The translations under genes and the position numbers were made by a program. From positions 1,569 to 65,568 of the forward strand of contig QCJB01000008.1 of the NCBI GenBank assembly GCA_003216295.1: 64,000 nucleotides of DNA, read 5' to 3'. The DNA is from Prochlorococcus sp. AG-402-P16. GTDB taxonomy: Bacteria; Cyanobacteriota; Cyanobacteriia; PCC-6307; Cyanobiaceae. Below are positions 42,542 to 50,342 of this stretch, piece after piece. Below the pieces are notes generated by a model. It was not told the origin of the DNA. It saw only the letters and a program-made list of their open reading frames with translations, and ran no database searches. Within the stretch, counting starts at the first letter, position 1. Each line of letters begins with the position of its first letter.

Positions 42542-42820
42542 ATGGAATTTAATCAAATTGAAACTTGTATTAATGAGAATCGAAATGATGAAAATTCTCT
42601 TTGTCTAAAAGAGCTAGACTTTATGTCTATCAGTCTTGAAGCTGAGGTTCCAGAAGCACTTTACGTCGGTATGAAGGATTTTATTAGTAGTAATGAAGAT
42701 TGGGATCAATCAAAACTTATTAGCTCTGCCATTGCGAACTTCCTTTTCCAAAATGGTTCTAATGATAGAGCTGTTACAGAAAAATATTTAAATGATATTT
42801 TTAACCTTTCAGGCTGTTAA
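42542..42820 (+). CDS. DUF2811-family protein (ribbon-helix-helix-like)
   Basis: SLEAEVPEALY..MK.FI..N..WDQ..LI.SAIA.FLFQNG..DRAVT.KYL; overlaps the convergent GMC gene by 20 bp. Confidence 0.85.
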   Translation: MEFNQIETCINENRNDENSLCLKELDFMSISLEAEVPEALYVGMKDFISSNEDWDQSKLISSAIANFLFQNGSNDRAVTEKYLNDIFNLSGC

Positions 42821-44444
42821 TTGCTTTTTCGCAAGCTCTTTTTGTTATTGCCATCATTGTGAGGGTTGGGCTTTGCCAAGAAGAATTAGGCCAACAAGCA
42901 CCATCTACGACTAATACGTTTTTACATTCCCAAAGACGATTCCAATTATCTACAACGCTGTTTTCTTTACTGCTTCCCATTGGTGCACCACCTACCTCAT
43001 GAATGTAATAACCAGGCGGTGGAGCTTCATCTTGAATAGCAACTGAATTAGCCAGAATTTTTTTGGCAAAAGGAATATTTAAAATATTATTTATTGGAAG
43101 AACAGTCCCATCACCAGAATTGATAATAAGTTCAATAACTCTATTCATCTCTGAGACCATATTCTTTTCATTTTCACGCCATATAAATGATATATGTGGT
43201 ATGTGGATATCAAATTGATCTGTTTTATTTGTAAGTGTAATTGTATTTTTTTTATTTGGAATTACTTCTCCATGGCCAATAAGAAAACCAATTTTAGTAT
43301 TTTTATTCTTTTTTAAAAAATCTGGTGGTTCGAACCTATCTATTCCTCCCCAGATTCCATAGCCACCAACAAAATTTTTTTTATTTGAATGCTCTCTTCC
43401 AATGGGGATGAAAAAGCTTCCAGCTCCAGATAAAGTTTGAGTGTTTTTTTGATTTGAAATATCATTGAATTTCTCATCATGAGGAACGGTAAAAAATCTA
43501 CAGGTTGAAACGTGATCCATTAGATTCATTCCTAATAATTTTGAAGGATCAATTAAGCCATTAGGATTATATTTTTCTTCTGAACTAAGTAGAAATCTAA
43601 TTGTTTGAATTGTTGATGAACATAATATTATTAATTTACCTTCAATTTTTTTTCGTTTTCCATCTTTCTGATTTACTACAATTAATCCCCTTGCTGACTT
43701 TCTATCCTCATTTAATATTAACTTTTCTGCAATATGATTTGAAAGAATTTCTACTTTGCCTAACTTAATTGCTTTTCCCATAGTACTTCCTAAACTACTA
43801 AACCTAGGCCATTTTGTTTTATCTTTATGGGGACCAAATCCTCTGGAATGTATAAATGGAAAACTTAAATTTTCTTTGATCTTCGAAGAGAATCTTTCTT
43901 CACTTTCTGTAAATGGTACTTTGTCAATATATTCCCCATCTGGAAGTTGGCTCAAGCCATCTTTATTTCCATAAACTTTTAGAAAGCTTTCTATCTCTGA
44001 GTAATGTGATTCGAGGTCATTGTATTTGATAGGCCATTTTGATTGATATTTTTTATCTTCTGATGATTCAAAATCCTCATTCCCCAATCTTAAGGTTATC
44101 CCACCCCAAGTAAGGCTTCTTCCTCCTACTTGGTTCCCTTGAGTCCAAATAAATGGAGCATTAGAGGGGAATGAATAAGGATTGGCTTTTTTATCTGCGT
44201 ACAACAATGGGTTGGATTTCCAGAAACCTGGATGCTGAGGCTGACTTTGATACTTTCCAGTTGCAAGACCTAAAACTCTTCTCATTGAATTACAAGGTTC
44301 TTCCCCAATCGCTTTTTTTATTTCAAGCTCAGGTCCTCTCTCTATTACTAATACCCTTATGCCAGCCTTAGCCATTGTCAGAGCAGCCATTCCCCCTGTC
44401 GCTCCGGAACCTACAATTATCACTTCATAGGGCTTGTGAATCAT
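42801..44444 (-). CDS. GMC-family flavoprotein oxidoreductase
   Basis: VGSGATGG, VIERG, VGGRSLTWG, LMDH, IHEVGGAPMG, SPTLTMMA. Confidence 0.93.
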   Translation of the reverse strand: MIHKPYEVIIVGSGATGGMAALTMAKAGIRVLVIERGPELEIKKAIGEEPCNSMRRVLGLATGKYQSQPQHPGFWKSNPLLYADKKANPYSFPSNAPFIWTQGNQVGGRSLTWGGITLRLGNEDFESSEDKKYQSKWPIKYNDLESHYSEIESFLKVYGNKDGLSQLPDGEYIDKVPFTESEERFSSKIKENLSFPFIHSRGFGPHKDKTKWPRFSSLGSTMGKAIKLGKVEILSNHIAEKLILNEDRKSARGLIVVNQKDGKRKKIEGKLIILCSSTIQTIRFLLSSEEKYNPNGLIDPSKLLGMNLMDHVSTCRFFTVPHDEKFNDISNQKNTQTLSGAGSFFIPIGREHSNKKNFVGGYGIWGGIDRFEPPDFLKKNKNTKIGFLIGHGEVIPNKKNTITLTNKTDQFDIHIPHISFIWRENEKNMVSEMNRVIELIINSGDGTVLPINNILNIPFAKKILANSVAIQDEAPPPGYYIHEVGGAPMGSSKENSVVDNWNRLWECKNVLVVDGACWPNSSWQSPTLTMMAITKRACEKAINSLKG

Positions 44445-44946
44445 TTAAAGTGAGATAATTTTGTGGATTTTAGAAGTTTTTATGTTATGTTAAATCTATT
44501 TAAATATATTATACTATTCGTTTTAACAAGCTTATGAAATATTTCGTATATTATCATAAATTAATCAATTCATTAATGGCATGAATTTAAATATTTATTT
44601 TTCATAATTGATAATAAATAGATTAGTAATGACTGATTGATAACTCTATGATCTTGGAAAACAACTTGTTGAAAAATAGCTAGATTCTCGTTTAATTTAA
44701 ATAATGTTAGATATTTTTTGTTTTTACTAATCATAGAGGGAATATTCTTAAAGCTAATAGTTATAAGCTTTTATTTTTAAGGTTGAAGATCAAAAAAATA
44801 ATTATTTATATCAATTGCATTTTATTGACTATTTTTTTTAATAAGAAATATTTATATTCAGTTTAATATGAAATTCATTTATCTCTAACTTTAAAACCAC
44901 TTTTGATTTAAAATAAATATATATGGCTGCTTACCACTAGGAAGTT

Positions 44947-45420
44947 ATGTTGAGTCGTTTTCTTGCTTTTACTTGCTCATTGCTGGTCACCTTTTATTGT
45001 TTGCCTGCTTTTGGAGCTTTAGATTATGGGAAGCAAACCTTGATAGGTGCTGATTTCTCTGATACTGATTTAAAAGGTGCAACTTTCTATTTAACAAATC
45101 TCCAAGACGCTAATTTTGCAGGAAGTGATCTACAAGGTGCCAGTTTTTTTGATGCAAAGCTTCAAGACGCAAATTTAAGTAATGCAAATATGAAAGATGT
45201 AACAATGGACTCAGCCATTCTAAATGGAGCAAATCTTACAAACAGTATTCTTGAAGGCGCTTTCGCTTACAATGCACAATTTGAAAATGTAATAATCGAT
45301 GGTGCTGATTTCACAGATGTACTAATTGCGAAAGATGTTCAGAATAAGCTATGCATTACAGCAAAAGGTAAAAACACTATTACAAATAGGATGACGAGTG
45401 AAACTTTAGACTGTGATTAA
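44947..45420 (+). CDS. secreted/lumenal pentapeptide repeat protein
   Basis: Signal peptide, A(D/N)(L/F)xx repeats, C-terminal LC..A.G.N..T...T.ETL.C. Confidence 0.93.
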   Translation: MLSRFLAFTCSLLVTFYCLPAFGALDYGKQTLIGADFSDTDLKGATFYLTNLQDANFAGSDLQGASFFDAKLQDANLSNANMKDVTMDSAILNGANLTNSILEGAFAYNAQFENVIIDGADFTDVLIAKDVQNKLCITAKGKNTITNRMTSETLDCD

Positions 45421-45455
45421 TAGTTTTTTTTATATTTTAAAAATCTGAAAAAATA

Positions 45456-47528
45456 ATGAGCCTTAAAAATATTCTTCAATCTAAAAAGAATTTTTGGACG
45501 TTAATCTTATCAATATGGTTGATCTCTACATTAGTTGATCGGATTTGGTGGAATTTCTTTAGCACGACCCCTTCATGGGATCAGGCTGACTATCTGAATA
45601 GCGCACTTGACCACGCACGTGCTTTGTCTCTTGTCGAAGGAGGTGAACCATTTGGATTTAAGTCTTTACTTGATTTGTCTCCCAAAATTCCTCCTTTGGC
45701 TTCAATATTAAATGGACTAGTAATTAGTTTCTTTGGTGATACTCCTCATAAGGCTGCTTGGTCCTTAAGTCTTTGGAATGGCTTTTTGATTTTTAATATG
45801 GCCTGTTGGGGACTTTATTTGAAAGGGAAAAGATATAGTTTTATCTGTGTTCTTATTACTTCATTATCTCCTTTTTTATTCCAACTTAGAACTGATTATG
45901 TTTTGGAATTACCGCTCATTTCAGCTACTACTTTTTACTTGTTTCATTTTGGGCGATGGAGTTCTCCTTATTCCGGTGGTAAATGGATTCAAGTAATCAT
46001 TTCTTCAATTGCTTGCGCGGCTTCATTGTTGATTAAGCAAAGTTCATTATTGGTCATATTTCCTTCAATCGTCTTTGTTTTTATTGTTTCTTTCAAAAGA
46101 AATAATATATTCCGATTACAACTTTTTTTCTTTGCCTGTATTAACTTATTTACTATATTACCTTGGTTTTATCATAACTGGATCATGACATTAAGTGGAA
46201 CTTATAGAGCAGTATTTGAGTCTGCAAGATTAGAGGGAGATCCTTCTATATTTGATTTTAAGAGTATTTTTTGGTATTTTCCTTTTTTGAATATTCAATT
46301 TGGAAACATTATTTTCTTTATAGGAATTTCTGGATTAGTATTAATAATTTTAGGTTATATAAGATCTTTAAAATTTCCTATTAATTTTAAAAATATTTTT
46401 GCTATTAATAATTATAAATGGAGTTGGATTGTTTTTAATTTGTCTACTACCTGGATTTTGACAACCTTAATTCCTAATAAGGATATAAGATATATCTCAT
46501 CCACAATACCATTGATTATTTTACTTTTTGCTCTTGGATTTTATGAATGGGGACATTGGATTAATTTGCAATTTAAATTTAAATTTAATAGCCTATTATT
46601 AGTTTCATCGATTGGATTTTCATTTTTATACATTTTTGAAATGTTTGGTGTCTTTGTACCATTACAAAGCAAATATTATCCTGTAAATGAAATTATTTCT
46701 GAAGTAAAATCAAGACAAGATAAATATAAAAAAGATACTGTTATAGTTGTACCAAGTACCCCTGAGCTGAACCAACATAATGTAAGTTATTTTGGAAGAA
46801 TGAAAGGTGGAAATATTTTAGGAAGACAACTTGGGCAATCTCTTTCGCACAAACAAGCGGTTCTTAATCAGTCGAATTGGATTGTTTTGGCAGAAGGAAA
46901 TCAAGGTTCAGTTCCTAAAAACTCTATAGCTCTTGATCAGGCTATTAGAGCGAGTGGGTTCTTTGAAAAAATTCGAGAATTTCCTCGAAAAGAAGGGGGT
47001 AGCTATTCCTTGTGGAAACGAAATTCGTCAGCGCCTAAATCGGGAAATTTTTATAATCGATTTATTGAACTTGCTAATGGAATGGAAAAAGGGCCTTCGG
47101 GAGTTAAATTGATTTTTGACGAAATAGCTATCCATCACATGATTGATGGACATTTTAATTATCAACAAAGGGTTAAAGACGAGGCTTTATCAAAAATAAT
47201 TTCTGATCCTAAAAATAAAGAGGCTTTATGGACGTTATCTCTTTTAATGATTTTGTCTAATAGACCTTATGAAGCTGATATCCATCTAGAGAAGTTAGAG
47301 AATCTTATTCCCGATAACCCATGGCCAAGTGCATATAGAAGTGTTGTGAACCTAGCTTCTTGGAATCCCTGGAAAGCCTCAAAGATAGCTGATATTGCTT
47401 TTTCTCAAAATAAAAATATCGTATTGAAAGCTTTAGGTGATACGAGTGGGGTTTTGGGAGGTGACTTGACTAGATTGTCTTCGTCTTTAAAAAGTGTTCC
47501 AAAGGCTTTAAAAAATGCAGTTAAATAA
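45456..47528 (+). CDS. GT-C membrane glycosyltransferase (ArnT/PMT-like)
   Basis: P.WDQADY, SPKIPPL, LIKQ, NKD.RY, many TM helices, soluble C-terminal domain. Confidence 0.82.
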   Translation: MSLKNILQSKKNFWTLILSIWLISTLVDRIWWNFFSTTPSWDQADYLNSALDHARALSLVEGGEPFGFKSLLDLSPKIPPLASILNGLVISFFGDTPHKAAWSLSLWNGFLIFNMACWGLYLKGKRYSFICVLITSLSPFLFQLRTDYVLELPLISATTFYLFHFGRWSSPYSGGKWIQVIISSIACAASLLIKQSSLLVIFPSIVFVFIVSFKRNNIFRLQLFFFACINLFTILPWFYHNWIMTLSGTYRAVFESARLEGDPSIFDFKSIFWYFPFLNIQFGNIIFFIGISGLVLIILGYIRSLKFPINFKNIFAINNYKWSWIVFNLSTTWILTTLIPNKDIRYISSTIPLIILLFALGFYEWGHWINLQFKFKFNSLLLVSSIGFSFLYIFEMFGVFVPLQSKYYPVNEIISEVKSRQDKYKKDTVIVVPSTPELNQHNVSYFGRMKGGNILGRQLGQSLSHKQAVLNQSNWIVLAEGNQGSVPKNSIALDQAIRASGFFEKIREFPRKEGGSYSLWKRNSSAPKSGNFYNRFIELANGMEKGPSGVKLIFDEIAIHHMIDGHFNYQQRVKDEALSKIISDPKNKEALWTLSLLMILSNRPYEADIHLEKLENLIPDNPWPSAYRSVVNLASWNPWKASKIADIAFSQNKNIVLKALGDTSGVLGGDLTRLSSSLKSVPKALKNAVK

Positions 47529-47595
47529 TTAAAAGGTATTAACGATTGAAGTTATAAAATAGTATTTCATAAAATTAAATAATTATTTCAATATT

Positions 47596-47766
47596 TCAGA
47601 GTTGGTCTCTTTCAAATGTTTTAGTTATTTCTTTCAAGAATTCTACGATTTGTATATTTGTGTATCCAAGTTCCGTTCTCAGACCTTTACAAGAGGAGGT
47701 GATTTCTTTCCAAATGTCAGCTCTCACTATGGCTTCTCTGTCCTTTAAATAACGCTCTTCTTTCAT
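47596..47766 (-). CDS. small hypothetical protein (56 aa, absent from the ORF track)
   Basis: Manual translation MKEERYLKDREAIVRADIWKEITSSCKGLRTELGYTNIQIVEFLKEITKTFERDQL*; less AT-rich than its flanks. Confidence 0.7.
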   Translation of the reverse strand: MKEERYLKDREAIVRADIWKEITSSCKGLRTELGYTNIQIVEFLKEITKTFERDQL

Positions 47767-48197
47767 TGTGTTTGAGTTTGTTATGTATGGTTTAAGGGGG
47801 GTAATGGAAACTTGTTAAATAAATTTTAATTTTTCTGATAAATGAAGACAAGCTGTAAACCTATTGTTTCAAGTGACTTGAAAGGTTTGCTGCCAAATTA
47901 TTCCGATAAAATTAAAATTTCCATAAAATCACTTTAACGAAAAAATAAAAAAATCATGAGTTTTTTATTTTTTATTCTTACTAAATATTTAATCTTCTTA
48001 TATTTTATGACAAAAAAATAAGAACTTTTTAATTTTTTGTTTTCTGCTTAAGCACTTATTTGAATGTTGAAAATTATAGTTCTTTCCTGTTAATTTTTCA
48101 TTTTAAGTTTAAAATCAGCTATTTAACTTTTTGAAATTATTTTTAAAGTAAGAGGATGAAAATATTAATATATGCGTCCCCACCCTCCAATAAAGAA

Positions 48198-48284
48198 CGG
48201 AGAGTGGGGGATTCGAACCCCCGATGGAGTTGCCCCCATGCTAGTTTTCAAGACTAGAGCCATAAACCACTCGACCAACTCTCC
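48198..48284 (-). tRNA. trnS: tRNA-Ser(UGA)
   Basis: Reverse complement GGAGAGTTGGTCGAGTGG...CTAGT-CTTGAAA-ACTAG...long variable arm...GGTTCGAATCC..CTCTCCG; CCA not encoded. Confidence 0.97.
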
Positions 48285-48347
48285 GCTTAAAATTTTACCT
48301 TATTATCCTCAAGATTTTCCAACTTCTCTCTCTAAAAAATTAAAATT

Positions 48348-48441
48348 GTCGAAAGTCCCAAGGGGATTGGTACACAAAATAACCTAAGCCGAACGGGAAA
48401 GCCCTACATCAACCGACCCATGGGGAATAACACTTTTTGAC
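48348..48441. ncRNA. putative structured RNA element (long imperfect hairpin)
   Basis: GTCGAAAGT pairs with ACTTTTTGAC, CCCAAGGG with CCCATGGG, ATTGGTA with TACATCAAC; GC-rich patch in AT-rich DNA. Confidence 0.4.
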
Positions 48442-48747
48442 TGTTCAACTGACATTGATTCATATTTTCTCCGCTTTAAACTGAATGTTCCCCTGAATGA
48501 ATCATTAATTGCCTTTACAAATTGATATCGTTTAACAGCCTGAAAAACTGCTCAGACTCTAATGATGGCAGTATTTATCTGATTATTCTAAGGAATCAAT
48601 TTTAGTGAAAATGTTAATTCTAGTCTTTTGCTTTCTAATTGTTCCAGAAGGATTTCTAAGCTATATGATCACTAATTAAGAACTATCTTCATAGACTTGA
48701 TCAGTTATCAAGCCAATAAATAGATAAAAATTTAGGCTCATCAACAG

Positions 48748-49086
48748 TCAACAGTTCCATTCACAAGAAAGTTCACACTTAACCAAACTTTGCTTCTGAA
48801 GGCGATCTAATATTCTTGCCATATCAATGGAAGAGAGACTTCCGTCGTTGTTCCATTTTAATGTTGTCTTTCTCTGAGCTGAAACATTATTTTTATTAAT
48901 CGAGGCAGAGAGAAGCTTTATATTTTTACTTTCTACAAAGTTTATGAAAGATTTAGCTTGATATAAGCTTTTAGTATATTTGCAGTGATTTGCATAACAA
49001 GCTCTATATATTCTTCCTGTAAAACTCTCCAAGCAAAGAATTGAGCCACCACGGGGACTGATGTGGAAGGGTCCTTGAATAGACAT
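48748..49086 (-). CDS. hypothetical protein
   Basis: 112 aa; ATG preceded by GGAGGA Shine-Dalgarno; C-terminal LKW..DG.LS..D..RIL.RL motif. Confidence 0.8.
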   Translation of the reverse strand: MSIQGPFHISPRGGSILCLESFTGRIYRACYANHCKYTKSLYQAKSFINFVESKNIKLLSASINKNNVSAQRKTTLKWNNDGSLSSIDMARILDRLQKQSLVKCELSCEWNC

Positions 49087-49111
49087 TAAGCATCCTCCAT
49101 TCCTTTAAGGG

Positions 49112-49145
49112 TTGTAATTTTGTATTAGATGCTACGAAATTACAA
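49112..49145. promoter_or_regulatory. 34-bp inverted repeat with NtcA core GTA-N8-TAC
   Basis: TTGTAATTTT-GTA-TTAGATGC-TAC-GAAATTACAA; core at 49122-49135. Confidence 0.6.
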
Positions 49146-49672
49146 TAGTGATTAGTGCTTATCGCTAGTTCTCCTTATGGTTGTGGCGAAGCTTTTTTTG
49201 ACAATGAAACTCCATAGCCATTGATTGATTTTAATGTTGATTTTGTTTGCTTGTTTAAGCTTTTGCCTGGCTCGAAATGGTTTAGAATATCTTTTTAATA
49301 GTAATTGAAGTAAGTAATTAGGGTCTCTAGGATATTTTTAAACTTTATACTTTCAGTTAAAATATATTCGATCACTTAAGCTGCAGACTGTATTCTAGGT
49401 TAGTTTTTTTGTTGTCTTTTGGTTGCTGTTATGCTCTTAATTGCAATGGCAACAAAGTATACATGCAAAGCTTGTTAAAAAATAACCCTAAATAGTCTAT
49501 GAATTATGTTCAATACATTCCCAAAATAATTCTTTCGACTTTAGTTTTCCTGGATATGAAGAGATGAATGTCTTATTAGCTTCCAAAAATTTCAGAACCT
49601 ATAGATAATTCCTTTTTATAAATTCCAATGAGATTATCTGTGCGATAATTTTTGCATTGTTAAATAACATTC

Positions 49673-49867
49673 ATGGCAAGCAAAAAGAGTGCTCAATCTC
49701 GATTCCTTGGAGACCTTCCAATGGAGGGAGGCATTAGTCAAAAAGAAAAATATCGTTATGTAGCTCATTTGATGTTTTTTATAGGATGCGCTCTATTCTC
49801 ATTTGGAATTTGGGCCCTATCAGGCTTTACTGCTTCAAGTGGCTCTTCAGGTCCATTCCCTTTTTAA
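49673..49867 (+). CDS. small single-TM hypothetical protein
   Basis: 64 aa with hydrophobic YVAHLMFFIGCALFSFGIWAL and a GPFPF tail. Confidence 0.75.
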   Translation: MASKKSAQSRFLGDLPMEGGISQKEKYRYVAHLMFFIGCALFSFGIWALSGFTASSGSSGPFPF

Positions 49868-49916
49868 CAGGGATTGGAATTTTAGATTCTTTAAAGGAGT
49901 AAATTTAAAGCAAAGA

Positions 49917-50180
49917 TTATTTGACTGGAATATTACTGATTATTTTATCTCTATTTTCAATAAGGGTTACAAGCCATTTTGATGCCAAAGTTCTGGAAAT
50001 ACTTCTATTTTTTAATAGTTCACAAATTATTTTGTAAAGTTTATCAGAATCTATATTTCTATTGAACCATTTTTCGAACTCTAATATTTCTTCGCTATTT
50101 TGGCAGGCTCTTAGCTGATCAATTAATGCATCGTTAGCACTTTTCCCAATTATTTTGGTTGGTTTGTTAGTGGTAGTCAT
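49917..50180 (-). CDS. conserved hypothetical protein
   Basis: ORF downstream of nrdJ; probable ATG at 50180 (ORF track extends to TTG 50240). Confidence 0.75.
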   Translation of the reverse strand: MTTTNKPTKIIGKSANDALIDQLRACQNSEEILEFEKWFNRNIDSDKLYKIICELLKNRSISRTLASKWLVTLIENRDKIISNIPVK

Positions 50181-50342
50181 TCTAGTATTCAAAATATTTT
50201 GACCTATTAAACATTTAGCCATTTTTTTTAATTCGGACAATTATTTTTACAACTTCTTTCAAATCTGACAGCTGTAAAATTTCTGATTATTTTTTATGGA
50301 CAACTAGTGAGAATCAATAATATTAGATCTTCATCATGGTTT

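Noticed and set aside
48172-48387. 71-aa + strand ORF
   Set aside because: It is the antisense reading of tRNA-Ser; spurious
48836-48850. GACGGAAGT on the minus strand, resembling a glutamine-riboswitch (Downstream-peptide) core
   Set aside because: It lies inside coding sequence (NDGS) and lacks the flanking CGTTC...GAACG stem
47529-50342. Integrated mobile element at tRNA-Ser
   Set aside because: No integrase or transposase and no duplicated tRNA 3' end found by eye; treated only as a variable patch
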